From an uncultured Verrucomicrobiota bacterium (GTDB lineage Bacteria; Verrucomicrobiota; Kiritimatiellia; CAIQIC01; Lenti-01), in contig CALMNW010000063.1 in NCBI GenBank assembly GCA_937872095.1, forward strand, positions 43 through 64,042: a stretch of DNA of 64,000 bases. The letters run 5' to 3'. How positions within the stretch are numbered: position 1 is the stretch's first letter; each line of letters opens with the position of its first letter. This document shows positions 25,995 to 35,906 of the stretch, piece by piece. The translations under genes were made by a program, and so were the position numbers. The notes under the pieces are model-generated. The model had not been told where the DNA came from. It saw only the letters and a program-made list of their open reading frames with translations, and did no database searches.

Positions 25995-27656
25995 ATGGCC
26001 AAGGATTTCACGGTTTCGCGCTATATCCTGCAACGCCTGAAACAAGCGGGGGTGGACCATCTGTTCGGCGTGCCCGGCGATTACGTCCTCGATTTCCTCG
26101 ACGAGGTCATGGCCAGTCCGATCCGCTGGGTCGGCACCTGCAACGAACTGAACGCCGGTTACGCGGCGGACGGCTATGCCCGCCTGAAAGGCCTCGGCGG
26201 GGCGGTGGTCACGTTCGGCGTGGGCGGACTGAGCATCCTGAATGCCGTCGCCGGCGCTTTCGCGGAGCAGGTGCCCCTGATCGTCGTTTCCGGCGCGCCT
26301 CCGGCGCGGCGCCGGGAGGCGGGCGCGCGGGTCCACCATCTGGTGGATACCTACCAGCTGCAGTTGGAGGTGTACCGCAAGATCACCGCCGCCGCCGTCC
26401 TCCTGACCGATCCGGAAACCGCGCCCGACGAAATCGACCGCGTGCTCGCCGCATGCCTTGCCCGCAAACTGCCGGGCTATATCGAGTTGCCGGCCGACAT
26501 GGCCGGCCGGCCCTGCCGCGCGCCCAATCCGGCGTGGCGGCCCGCCGCGCCCGTTTCCGATCCCGCGCAACTGGCCGCCGCCGTCACCGAGGCCGTCGCG
26601 CGGTTCGACCGCGCGGAACATCCCTTGGCCCTGATCGGCCTGGAACTGGCGCGGCAACGGCTCGGGGCCGACGCGTTGCGTCTCGTCGAGACGGTCGAAA
26701 TCCCGTTTGCCTCGATGCTCAGCAGCAAGAGCCTGCTGCCGGAGTTCCATCCGCAGTTCGTCGGCATCTACCAGGGCGGCTGGAGCCGGGAACCCGTGCG
26801 CCGGCAGGTCGAAGAAGCGGATTGCCTCTTGTCGCTGGGCGTATGGCTGACGGATCTGGACACCGGCCTGTTCAGCGCGCGGTTCGACGAGCAGCGCACG
26901 ATCTTCGCGGGCGGCGGCCAGGTACGCATCGGCGGGCAGGTTTTCGAAGGCGTGCAACTGGGGGATTTCGTGCGCGCGCTGGTTCCGGCGCTGCGGCCGC
27001 GGTCCTACCTGGAATCCCATCCCGCGCAGCCGCGGCAACCGCGCGCGCCGTTCGTCGCCAAGCCCGCCTGCGGACTGACCGCGCCGCGGCTCTACGAATG
27101 CCTGGACGGATTCCTCGACGACCAAATGGTGCTGCTGGCCGAACCGGGCGACGCTTTCTGCGCCGCGCCGGATTTTCTGATCGAGGAAGCGGAAAACTTC
27201 ATCGTGCAGACCTACTACGCCTCCATCGGCTACTGCACGCCCGCGGCGCTGGGCGTGGCCGTGGCCCGGCCGGACAAGCGGCCCGTCGTGCTGACCGGCG
27301 ACGGCGCGCTGCAGATGACCGCGCAGGAAATCTCCACGCTGATCCGCCAGCGCTGTCCCGCCATCGTGGTGGTGATCAACAACGACGGCTATCTCGTCGA
27401 GCGCGAACTCCACGTGGACGGCGCCTACAACGATCTCCAGATGTGGCACTATGCCCGGTTGCCGGGCACGTTCGACCAAGCCGGCGATTTCGCCGTCGGC
27501 GTCCGCGCGGCTACGGAAGAAGAACTCGTCGCCGCGCTCGACCGTGCCCGGAGGGAGCGGGATAAATTCCATCTGATCGAGGCTTGGCTGCCCAACCGCG
27601 ATTGCTCCGCAGGCCTGCGGCAACTCGGCGAAGCCTTCCGCCGGCAACAGAAATAA
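25995..27656 (+). CDS. ThDP-dependent 2-keto-acid decarboxylase (pyruvate/indolepyruvate decarboxylase family)
   Basis: FGVPGDY, CNELNAGYAADGYAR, VHHL, ASIGY, GDGALQMTAQE...NNDGY.VER. Confidence 0.95.
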   Translation: MAKDFTVSRYILQRLKQAGVDHLFGVPGDYVLDFLDEVMASPIRWVGTCNELNAGYAADGYARLKGLGGAVVTFGVGGLSILNAVAGAFAEQVPLIVVSGAPPARRREAGARVHHLVDTYQLQLEVYRKITAAAVLLTDPETAPDEIDRVLAACLARKLPGYIELPADMAGRPCRAPNPAWRPAAPVSDPAQLAAAVTEAVARFDRAEHPLALIGLELARQRLGADALRLVETVEIPFASMLSSKSLLPEFHPQFVGIYQGGWSREPVRRQVEEADCLLSLGVWLTDLDTGLFSARFDEQRTIFAGGGQVRIGGQVFEGVQLGDFVRALVPALRPRSYLESHPAQPRQPRAPFVAKPACGLTAPRLYECLDGFLDDQMVLLAEPGDAFCAAPDFLIEEAENFIVQTYYASIGYCTPAALGVAVARPDKRPVVLTGDGALQMTAQEISTLIRQRCPAIVVVINNDGYLVERELHVDGAYNDLQMWHYARLPGTFDQAGDFAVGVRAATEEELVAALDRARRERDKFHLIEAWLPNRDCSAGLRQLGEAFRRQQK

Positions 27657-27937
27657 GCATTCACATTCATCATATCGCGAAATGCGGGCGACGGCAAACG
27701 TTCGCCGCCGCTTGTCCAAATGGGCCGCGCCGGATGGTCTTTATGTGGGTGTCCAAATGATGGCAGCGAAGGGGTGGATACCAACGATGCTTTGTCATTG
27801 ACAGAAATTATATATATAGCAAAATTAATCTATGTAAGATCAACCACTGACGCGGGAGGTGTTCAGCAGCGATAGATCGACAAAATGAACGAATGATGGC
27901 TTGGAAACCTACAAATCGTCAGAACGGATGGATAATA

Positions 27938-29503
27938 ATGAAAAAAGCAAGTCTGGGTCTTGTCTCCTTGATGATCGCTACCGTTTGTTCATATTCTCAA
28001 ACGACATATCACCAAGTGTCCGGTTCGGAAGCTGGGGATATGGCGATTCAATATATGGGGTCGGAAACATGGGATTACCGGCTGCCGTGGGTTGACGTCG
28101 ACGATTTGCGCATGTCTGCCGCTGCATGGGCGAATCCAGATGCGAGCGCTGGGTCCTGCAATATTGCCATGGGCATCGGGAGCGTCGCCGAAGGGTTTGA
28201 AAGCCTGGCATGCGGGGGGCATTATCCATGGGCGACCGGAACGTGCGCCACGGCAATCGGCGGTACATCGTTGCAGGTAGCGGGCAATTGTTCCGCGGCC
28301 GTTGGCGGATACATGACCTCGATCAGTGGACTTTATGCGTCCGTTATCGGTGGAAGTGGCAACGAGATATTTGGCGGTAATTATTCCGCCATTCTGGGTG
28401 GCCAAAACAACGGCGTGGGGGCGATGTGGTCAACGATTTCCGGTGGCGGCAATAACAATATCTACATCGGAGACGGGGAATTCATTGCCGGCGGGAATGG
28501 CAACACTATTTACGGAGTGGCCTGGAACAACGGTTTCAACACGGTGGGGGGCGGTCAATACAATCTGATCAGCAACATGTCCCGTTGCGTGATTGGCGGC
28601 GGTCAAAATAATGTCATTAAAAGCGAAAGCGTTCCTCCATATGCCCATACCATTGGCGGTGGAATTGGGAATATGATTTATCTCACCAATCCGTCACTCG
28701 CTGCCAACACGATCGTCGGCGGATACTGCAATGGAATGACCAATTGTTATGGGAGCACTATATCGGGTGGCGCCAACAACTCCATCACCGGGGCTTATGA
28801 AAGCGTCGTGTCAGGTGGTGCAGGAAATACCGTCTATGGTTCCGGCAACGGCATTGCCAGCGGCGCCGGGAATGTTGTCACCGGGCAATATTCCGCGGTT
28901 GCGGGCGGGAACAACAATCGCGCCGTGGGCACTTGCGCTACGGTATTGGGCGGATATTACAATGTTGCGACAGGTAGTTATTCCGTTGCCGCGGGCTATC
29001 GCGCAGCGGCGTTGCAGGGCAGCTTCGTGTTTGCCGGTGCAACCTCGGGACTGACGAACAGCGCCATCAACCAATTTTGGGTGAAGGCGCCTGGCGGCAC
29101 GCGGTTCATTTCCAACGATGCGGGGACGACCGGCGTCGAACTGCCGGCCGGCGGAAACGGCTGGAATGTCCTGTGCGACAGAAAATTGAAGCACGATGCC
29201 AAAATGGTGCAATCCAAACAGGCGCTGGAAGCCGTCATGATGTTGAACGTCGAGACCTTCCATACAGATGCCGGAAAGGATGCGGCCGAACGACCGGTCT
29301 ATCTGGGAATCATGGCGAATGAATTCAACGACGCCCTGGAAAGTCTCGGTGCCGACCGGAATGTCACCGCGGAAGGATACAACACCGTGGATACGACCGC
29401 GGCGATGGCGATGTCCGTTGCGGCGATCCAAGCCCAACAAGTGCAGATCAAGGCGCTCCAGGAAGAAATTTCCCAACTGCGCGCCCAGCTTGCACAACGC
29501 TAG
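27938..29503 (+). CDS. secreted trimeric fibre-like protein with GGxxN repeats and C-terminal intramolecular chaperone (peptidase S74-like)
   Basis: Signal peptide; many (I/V)xGGxxN repeats; GV.LPAGGNGW..LCDRKLK; LGIMA.EF; terminal coiled coil; 5' part AT-richer than the host. Confidence 0.88.
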   Translation: MKKASLGLVSLMIATVCSYSQTTYHQVSGSEAGDMAIQYMGSETWDYRLPWVDVDDLRMSAAAWANPDASAGSCNIAMGIGSVAEGFESLACGGHYPWATGTCATAIGGTSLQVAGNCSAAVGGYMTSISGLYASVIGGSGNEIFGGNYSAILGGQNNGVGAMWSTISGGGNNNIYIGDGEFIAGGNGNTIYGVAWNNGFNTVGGGQYNLISNMSRCVIGGGQNNVIKSESVPPYAHTIGGGIGNMIYLTNPSLAANTIVGGYCNGMTNCYGSTISGGANNSITGAYESVVSGGAGNTVYGSGNGIASGAGNVVTGQYSAVAGGNNNRAVGTCATVLGGYYNVATGSYSVAAGYRAAALQGSFVFAGATSGLTNSAINQFWVKAPGGTRFISNDAGTTGVELPAGGNGWNVLCDRKLKHDAKMVQSKQALEAVMMLNVETFHTDAGKDAAERPVYLGIMANEFNDALESLGADRNVTAEGYNTVDTTAAMAMSVAAIQAQQVQIKALQEEISQLRAQLAQR

Positions 29504-29520
29504 CATGTTTTAATACCATC

Positions 29521-29550
29521 GCCCTTGCCGCGATGCGGCAAGGGCTTTTT
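29521..29550 (+). terminator. rho-independent terminator
   Basis: 11-bp stem GCCCTTGCCGC/GCGGCAAGGGC followed by TTTTT. Confidence 0.85.
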
Positions 29551-29628
29551 CAAATCAGCCAGGCCACCAAGCAGGGGCGAAATTGAGCGACGCCATAAAT
29601 TAGGGAAAGACGCTGAAAGATAAAGGGG

Positions 29629-29670
29629 AAATCGAGCCGCGAGACGGCTCTTGCGCGGGGAATCGCGGCT
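29629..29670. repeat. 42-bp hairpin repeat, copy 1
   Basis: AAATCGAGCCGCGAGACGGCTCTTGCGCGGGGAATCGCGGCT; 39/42 identical to 32295-32336; partial copies at 19454-19477, 34582-34624 and 55965-55985 (reverse). Confidence 0.85.
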
Positions 29671-29728
29671 CCGGGGGATTGGCGCGCGAATGCGGGCGAG
29701 GCCGGCTTCCCGCTCCAGACGTCGGGAT

Positions 29729-30178
29729 CTAGAGTTCCAGATCCAGGATCAACTGGGACGGAGCCGGGTCGGCAGAGCGTTGCAAGCGAAAACGCGCGCC
29801 CTCCCAGGATGCCCGGTCGGGTTTGGCCCGGATGCCGTTGGAAATGGCCCAGGGTTCCCGGGGCCGCCCCAGCCAATCCCGGTCCAATTTCCGGTTCCCG
29901 TTCAGGTCCAAATAGGCCTTGAGCGCATAGAATCCCGGGGGGAGATCCGTGAACGGCAATCTGGCGACGGCATCGGCGGCAGGGCTTGCCGCCTGCGCCA
30001 TCGGCGGTTCTTGATCTAGAAACTGGGATAGGGAGGAACAGAGGGCCACCCGCACTTCGCCGGTCGTGCCGGGCGGCAGGCGGACGACGACCTGGAGACT
30101 TGCTTCGGGCGGATCCGCGGCGGCCCATATCCCGGTGCCCAGCAGAAACAACGCCCCGATCCCGGCCGCCCGGTTCAT
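29729..30178 (-). CDS. DUF2141-domain protein
   Basis: G.VRVAL, LPPGFYALKAYLDLNGNRKLD..W.G.PREPWAISN; signal peptide; start at MNRAAG. Confidence 0.85.
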   Translation of the reverse strand: MNRAAGIGALFLLGTGIWAAADPPEASLQVVVRLPPGTTGEVRVALCSSLSQFLDQEPPMAQAASPAADAVARLPFTDLPPGFYALKAYLDLNGNRKLDRDWLGRPREPWAISNGIRAKPDRASWEGARFRLQRSADPAPSQLILDLEL

Positions 30179-30627
30179 GCCGGGGTTCCCAGCAGTTTCC
30201 GGATGGAGGCGCGCACCGCATCGACGTCCACCCGCGTGTTTTTGCAGGGGCCGTTCGGGCGCTCGTTGGGGATGGCGATGACCCGCTTGGGCAGAACGGC
30301 GCGAATGCCGTCCGCCAGCTCTTTCTCGCAGGCCACGGCCACGACCGCCATCACCGCGGGATCGCGCACCACGGCGATGGCCTCGCGTCCCCCCGAAACC
30401 AGATGGCACCGAATGCCGAATTCGTCGCGCAGCTGCAGCATGTCCGCCACGTTGCATTGCCCGCAGCGGTTGCATTGATCGACGTCCTGGGTGATGTTCG
30501 ACTCGCAGGTGCACCGCTGGAGGCAATGGGGAACCAGCAACAGGAGGTTTTCCGGAGAAACCCGGCCGCCCGGGAAACGGTTGCGCAGCCGGTTCAAGCC
30601 CAGGATGAGGGATTCCAGCGCGTTCAT
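30175..30627 (-). CDS. DUF116-domain protein
   Basis: LLLVPHCLQ...C.RCGQC, VAVACEKEL..GI, PNERPNGPC.NT.VD; ATGA coupling to the DUF2141 gene. Confidence 0.85.
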   Translation of the reverse strand: MNALESLILGLNRLRNRFPGGRVSPENLLLLVPHCLQRCTCESNITQDVDQCNRCGQCNVADMLQLRDEFGIRCHLVSGGREAIAVVRDPAVMAVVAVACEKELADGIRAVLPKRVIAIPNERPNGPCKNTRVDVDAVRASIRKLLGTPA

Positions 30628-30730
30628 GGACCGATTTGAGAATATGCGCGGCGGCGGCGATGGCGGCTTGTCCTGAACATGAGCCAAGGGTAGCATGGCG
30701 ATGGTGAGGTGTCAAAAACCGGAGGACGAA

Positions 30731-32257
30731 ATGGGCGAAATAGGCGACAAGGGGAAGCCGCGCGTGGTGATCGTCGGAGCGGGTCCCGGGGGCCTGACCT
30801 GCGCGATGATGTTGGCCTACCGGGGACTTTCGGTCACGGTTCTCGAGGCGAAACCTCAGGTGGGCGGCCGGAACGCCACGCTTCGCTTGGGGCCGTATGT
30901 TTTCGACACCGGTCCGACTTTCCTGATGCTGCGGCAAATCCTGGACGAGGTCTTCGAGGAATCCGGCGTCGCGACGGCCGAAGTGCTGGACGTGCGGGCC
31001 TTGGATCCCATGTATCACCTGGTGTTTCGCGACAAAACGCTGAAGGTGACGCCGGACCACGAACGGATGCGGCAGGAAATCGAACGCTGCTTTCCCGGCA
31101 AGGGGGGGCGCTACAACCGGTTTCTCGTGCAGGAAAAGCAACGGTTCCGGCGCTTGTATCCCTGCTTGCAAAAATCCTACCACCGTTTCCGGACTTTGTT
31201 CCATCCCGACATGCTCCGCGCGCTGCCCCATCTCTCTCTCGGACGCAGCTTGTTCGACGTGGTGTACGGCCTGTTCGGAGATGAGGATCTGGCGTTGTCG
31301 TTTACCTTCCAGTCCAAATATCTGGGGATGTCGCCGTGGGATTGCCCCGGGCTGTTCGCGATGATCCCGTATATCGAACACGGGCTGGGCATCTACCACG
31401 TCGCCGGCGGACTGAGCCGCATTTCCGATGCCATGGCCGAGGTGGCCGTCCGGCACGGAGCCGCCATCCGCTGCTCCGCGCCGGTGAAGCGCGTGATCGT
31501 GAAGGCCGGCCAGGCCTGCGGAGTCGAACTCGAAAGCGGCGAGCGCATCGAGGCCGATGAAGTCGTCCTCAACGCCGACTTCGGGCATGCCATGACGCAC
31601 CTGTTCGAACCCGGCGTCCTCAAGAAATACGTCCCCGCCAATCTGGCCCGGAAGAAACTCTCCTGTTCCACCTACATGCTGTATCTCGGAACCGACCGGC
31701 AGTGGAATCTTCCGCACCACGCCATCTATTTCGCCCGCGATTATCGCGCCAACGTCGCGGGCATCTTCCAGGGGCGGATGCCCACCGACGACATCTCGTT
31801 CTACGTGCGCAACGCCTCCGCCACGGATCCGACCCTGGCGCCGCCCGGGCATTCCGCCATCTACGTGCTGGTGCCGGTCCCCAACGCGCGCAGCGGGATC
31901 GACTGGTCGCAACAGGGCGGTTTCCGCGAGACCGTGCTGGCCGCCCTCGAGCGGCGGGCGGGCCTGACCGGCCTGCGGGAGAGCATCCGGGAGGAAAAAA
32001 TCCTGACGCCCGACGACTGGAAGAACGAATACGGCGTGTATGAAGGCGCCACCTTCAATTTGGCCCACAACGTCGGCCAAATGCTCTATTTCCGCCCTCG
32101 CAATCGGTTCGAAGAGGTGGGCCACTGCTATCTGGTCGGCGGCGGCACGCATCCCGGCAGCGGGCTGCCCACGATCTACGAATCGGGCCGCATCGCGGCC
32201 AACTTGATCTCCAAGCAATACCGCGTGAATTTCACGTCCAAGAATCTGGAAATCTGA
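30731..32257 (+). CDS. crtI: phytoene desaturase family (CrtI/CrtN-like) FAD oxidoreductase
   Basis: VVIVGAGPGGL, GGRN, FDTGPTF, FTFQSKYLGMSPW, GATFNLAH, LVGGGTHPGSGLPTI; GGAGG RBS. Confidence 0.88.
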   Translation: MGEIGDKGKPRVVIVGAGPGGLTCAMMLAYRGLSVTVLEAKPQVGGRNATLRLGPYVFDTGPTFLMLRQILDEVFEESGVATAEVLDVRALDPMYHLVFRDKTLKVTPDHERMRQEIERCFPGKGGRYNRFLVQEKQRFRRLYPCLQKSYHRFRTLFHPDMLRALPHLSLGRSLFDVVYGLFGDEDLALSFTFQSKYLGMSPWDCPGLFAMIPYIEHGLGIYHVAGGLSRISDAMAEVAVRHGAAIRCSAPVKRVIVKAGQACGVELESGERIEADEVVLNADFGHAMTHLFEPGVLKKYVPANLARKKLSCSTYMLYLGTDRQWNLPHHAIYFARDYRANVAGIFQGRMPTDDISFYVRNASATDPTLAPPGHSAIYVLVPVPNARSGIDWSQQGGFRETVLAALERRAGLTGLRESIREEKILTPDDWKNEYGVYEGATFNLAHNVGQMLYFRPRNRFEEVGHCYLVGGGTHPGSGLPTIYESGRIAANLISKQYRVNFTSKNLEI

Positions 32258-32294
32258 TTTCGTTCGGTGGCCGCCGCAAGACGGAAATAGGGGC

Positions 32295-32336
32295 AAATCA
32301 AGCCGCGAGACGGCTCCTGCGCGGAGAATCGCGGCT
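32295..32336. repeat. 42-bp hairpin repeat, copy 2
   Basis: Direct repeat of 29629-29670 with 3 mismatches. Confidence 0.85.
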
Positions 32337-32516
32337 TACGGGGTCTGGCGGGAGCAAGCGGATATAACCGCTTACATGCAAATCAAATATGGCAATTCCG
32401 CAAAGAACGGCCGATCGGTTGCAGAATCCGACATTTGGAATATATTAATAATAGATTACGGAAGGATGAGAGACGAAAAAGATCAGATCGGTTTGGGTTT
32501 TGTGAGTGGTCAAGTC

Positions 32517-32873
32517 ATGCAAGCGGGCGCGTTAAAACTGGAAACGGAAGCCACGGACGGCGTCCTGATGGTGCACGTTTCCGGGCCGTTGGATTCCGCC
32601 ACCTACGATCAATTCAAGGCGTTCATGGATCCGATCGTCGCCCAGTCCCACGTCTCCATCGTGCTGGATTGCCGGAAACTGACCTACGTGAATAGCCATG
32701 CCTGGACGCTGCTCATGCACTATCACCGGGCAGCCATGCAGGAACTCTCGGATTTCATCGTCGCCGCGTTCAGCTCGCGGCTGTTGAAAGGCATTCAACG
32801 GATGGGCCTGGGCAAGTATCTGACGTGGTCGCCCACGATCGAAGAGGCCCTGCATCCGGCCTTCGCCTCGTAG
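32517..32873 (+). CDS. STAS-domain anti-sigma factor antagonist
   Basis: VSGPLDSAT, IVLDCRKLTYVNS, MGL...TIEEAL; start uncertain. Confidence 0.8.
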   Translation: MQAGALKLETEATDGVLMVHVSGPLDSATYDQFKAFMDPIVAQSHVSIVLDCRKLTYVNSHAWTLLMHYHRAAMQELSDFIVAAFSSRLLKGIQRMGLGKYLTWSPTIEEALHPAFAS

Positions 32874-32891
32874 ACTCCGCGGCGGGAGTCT
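32872..32891. terminator. hairpin between convergent genes
   Basis: AGACTCC-GCGGCG-GGAGTCT. Confidence 0.45.
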
Positions 32892-32910
32892 GCTCTAAAG
32901 ATGGACCCTG

Positions 32911-33402
32911 TTACGGCTCGTCTGTCCACGACTCGTGGGAATGCACGATCTTCCAGCCCGCGGCTTCTTTTTTCCAGATCATCGTGAAAACGTGCTTGGA
33001 TTTCAGGGTCTGCCCGCCGGCCAACGTCATGTCGGTCTTTTCCGCGCTGGTCAGCACGGCCAGATCGGGGGCCAGGACCGTCACGCGCACGTCGAGCGGC
33101 TCCAGCTGCTGGCTTTCCCGCATGGCGAAGTTGGCCGTGATGGCCTGCACCCATTCGTCGCGCGCGGCGAACGACTCCGTGCCGGCGATGGCGGAGACAA
33201 ACCCGTCCGCGGCGTAAAACCCGGACCAGGCGGCCGCATCCTTCTGGTTGATCGCGGCGACCAGCTGGCCGAACTGGCCTTTGACCTCGCCGACGATCGC
33301 TTCCTTCTCCGCCGCCGTGAGGACGTTGGACGGGCAGCGGCAACCCGACAGCAGCAGCAGCAGCGCGGCGATGATCCAGAGGGTCCGATGAATAGACTTC
33401 AT
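32911..33402 (-). CDS. NTF2/SnoaL-like (DUF4440) lipoprotein
   Basis: Lipobox LLSGC; VLAPD.AV; FTMIWKK...GWKIVHSHES. Confidence 0.85.
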   Translation of the reverse strand: MKSIHRTLWIIAALLLLLSGCRCPSNVLTAAEKEAIVGEVKGQFGQLVAAINQKDAAAWSGFYAADGFVSAIAGTESFAARDEWVQAITANFAMRESQQLEPLDVRVTVLAPDLAVLTSAEKTDMTLAGGQTLKSKHVFTMIWKKEAAGWKIVHSHESWTDEP

Positions 33403-33660
33403 GATTCGTTCCTTTCGCGTGTCGGGTTTCGGGAAATGGCGACGGTTGAATTGCCGACAAGGCTATACGGAGAGGAGCGGGTTGGCAATCCGGAAACCGG
33501 CCGGAACCATCGCCCAATGAGCCGGTCCGTGGCAAAAACAGGGGGGGCGGAACGCCGTTTTTGTTCCTGAAGGGACCGCTTTACGACCGGATAAAAAGGG
33601 GGCATCATCGTTCCCCAATGCCGGATCCGGCTGCCGCCGGCCATGGAAGGAAATAGAACG

Positions 33661-34542
33661 ATGAATTCGAAGCTCCGGATCGCTCTCGCGGTTTGCGTAT
33701 TTCTCCTGCTGGGCGTCTCCATCCTGGCGGTGCACTCCACCTTGAATGCCGTCCGGTCGGATCGGAAAGCGGCGATCGCCCGGGCGGAAGCCAATGTTTT
33801 GCGGCAACGGTTGCAGGAACTGGCCGAAGATCTGCCGGCTCCTTCCGCCGGCATGGATGCGGACGTCTGGCGGGCGCGCGTGAGCCGGCTGCAGGCGCAG
33901 CTCGGCGAGAAGGATCGCCTGATCGCGTCGCTGCGGCAATCGGCCGCAGCCGCGCCGACGTCGGATCCGGAAGGCACCGTCTCGACCACTCCGCCCGCGG
34001 ATGAACGGCGTCCCCGGCGCGATCGGAACGCCTGGCTCGAAGAAATCAAGCAGACGGATCCCCAGCGCTACGAAGAGATCCAGACGCGGCGCCAAGAAGC
34101 CCGGCAGCGGATGCAGCGATCGATCGCCGAACAGGCGACCTACTTCCTCGACCGCGACGTGGCGAAAATGGACGAACCCGAGCGCGCGGAGTACGAGCGG
34201 CTGCTGGGGTTGCTCGACGAAACCTGGCGCCTGTCCGAGCAAATACAGTCGGATCTGCCCCCCGAGGAGCGCCATGATCTCATGCGGACCATGCGCGAGA
34301 ACATGCAGGAACTCACGCCGATGATGGAAACGGAACGGGACCGGGCCTTTTACGAGATCGGGCGGGACTTCGGATATTCCGAGAGCGAGGCGCAGGAGTT
34401 CACGGAATACCTGAATGGGATCATCGACGTCACCTCCATGCGCACGCTGTTCGGAGGCATGCACGGAGGCGGTCCCCGTGGCGGCGGCGACCGCGGCGGC
34501 GGCGACCGCAGCGGCGGCCAATCCGGCTTAGGTCGGCCCTGA
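33661..34542 (+). CDS. membrane-anchored coiled-coil hypothetical protein with Gly/Arg-rich tail
   Basis: N-terminal TM; E/R/Q-rich helices; DPQRYEE; GGDRGG tail. Confidence 0.8.
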   Translation: MNSKLRIALAVCVFLLLGVSILAVHSTLNAVRSDRKAAIARAEANVLRQRLQELAEDLPAPSAGMDADVWRARVSRLQAQLGEKDRLIASLRQSAAAAPTSDPEGTVSTTPPADERRPRRDRNAWLEEIKQTDPQRYEEIQTRRQEARQRMQRSIAEQATYFLDRDVAKMDEPERAEYERLLGLLDETWRLSEQIQSDLPPEERHDLMRTMRENMQELTPMMETERDRAFYEIGRDFGYSESEAQEFTEYLNGIIDVTSMRTLFGGMHGGGPRGGGDRGGGDRSGGQSGLGRP

Positions 34543-34759
34543 GTCCACCGGCCGGGGAAGCATTTGCCGCCGGCAGAATCTATCAAACCGCACGACGGCC
34601 TCCTTGGCAGGGGACTCGCGGCTTATGTCGCAATGGTCACCGGTGTCTTGGGAACGGGGGCATGCGGGGGGGCGGGCGGGGGAATCCGGACCGAAGCCAG
34701 ATGACCCGTGCGGCAGGAGGCGGGAAGGGGAGGATGCAGGGCCGGTTCGTGACCTCTTC

Positions 34760-35659
34760 TTATCGGACCGATTCCTTGACTAGCGGCGATACGGGCGGCG
34801 TTTGCGGGAGGGTATCCGCATATTCAGGATACAGTTTCCGGATGCACTCCGGGCACATGCCGTGACTGAATTCCGCATCCGAATGCTCCCGGATGTACCC
34901 CTCGATCTGATTCCAGTAGCCTTTGTCGTCGCGGATTTTCTTGCACGACATGCAAATGGGCAGCAGCCCGCTCAGGACGCGCACGTTGGCGAGAGCCTCT
35001 TCGCGCCGCCGGCTTTCCGTTTGGAGCGCGTGGATCATCCGGTTCAACACCAGGCCTAAATACACGGTGAACCAGGAAGCCACGATCATCAGGCCGATCA
35101 GGTACGTCCGCAGCCGCTTCGCATTCCGGATGGCGGCCTGGACGAGACGGCTTTCCAGGTGGATTTCGAACGTGGCCAACTGCACGCCCATCTTCCGGAT
35201 GTTCGAGAAATCCTCGTGCAGCGACAGGATGGCCTCTTGATGGGCGGTCATGTCGAACGCGCCCGCTTGCGCCAGCGCGGCATCATGGGCGGCGATCAAG
35301 GCGTTGCCTCCCGACAGCAGCTGGCCGGACGTGCCTTGGAGGGTTGCGAGGAGGTCCCGGGCTTCCGGATGCTGGATCCGTTGATCCAGTATCCGCAGTT
35401 GCTCCAGAAGGGATGCGATTCGTTCCGGATACTTGTTCCGATCGGCGGGGCGATGCAACGCCAGATACAGGAGGAGATGGCCCTCGGCCCGTTTGGCATA
35501 ACTGGAGGCTTCCGTCGCCGCCGTGGCGATCGTTTTGAAATGCCGGTTTTCTTCGGCAAAGGTGGTCAGAATCCCCTGCGCCATGTGCAACGAAAAGATC
35601 GAAATCGAAAACATGACGAAGATGGCGATCAGGAAACCCGTCGCAAGCAGCTTTTTCAT
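34760..35659 (-). CDS. two-TM sensor-like protein with C-terminal Cys/His motif
   Basis: TM, helical extracytoplasmic region, TM, then LSGLLPICMSCKKIRDDKGYWNQIE.YI..HS.AEFSHGMCPEC. Confidence 0.88.
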   Translation of the reverse strand: MKKLLATGFLIAIFVMFSISIFSLHMAQGILTTFAEENRHFKTIATAATEASSYAKRAEGHLLLYLALHRPADRNKYPERIASLLEQLRILDQRIQHPEARDLLATLQGTSGQLLSGGNALIAAHDAALAQAGAFDMTAHQEAILSLHEDFSNIRKMGVQLATFEIHLESRLVQAAIRNAKRLRTYLIGLMIVASWFTVYLGLVLNRMIHALQTESRRREEALANVRVLSGLLPICMSCKKIRDDKGYWNQIEGYIREHSDAEFSHGMCPECIRKLYPEYADTLPQTPPVSPLVKESVR

Positions 35660-35851
35660 GGACGATCCCTTCCGAACCTTTCCTGCATCCTAACGATCAC
35701 CGCAGCATAGGCCTTAACGAAATCATAACAATTTGAAAGGATAGCTCCTCCGGTTCCTTTCGGCCAACAAAAATTCTTGTTTCATCACAGAATGTACAGT
35801 GGGCACAGAGATGGATGGGGAGGAGAGGCGTCCGGGCGGTTCGGTTCCATT

Positions 35852-35906
35852 GTAGCCGGGGGCAGTGACCCCGGAGCTCGCGGCGGGTTGGGCCAACCCG
35901 TCCTAC
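35852..35906. repeat. GTAG-type REP doublet
   Basis: GTAG-CCGGGGGCAGTGACCCCGG ... GCGGGTTGGGCCAACCCGTC-CTAC. Confidence 0.65.

Noticed and set aside
23394-29503. Prophage, suggested by tail-fibre-like genes
   Set aside because: The proteins carry signal peptides, and no capsid, terminase, portal or integrase genes are present.
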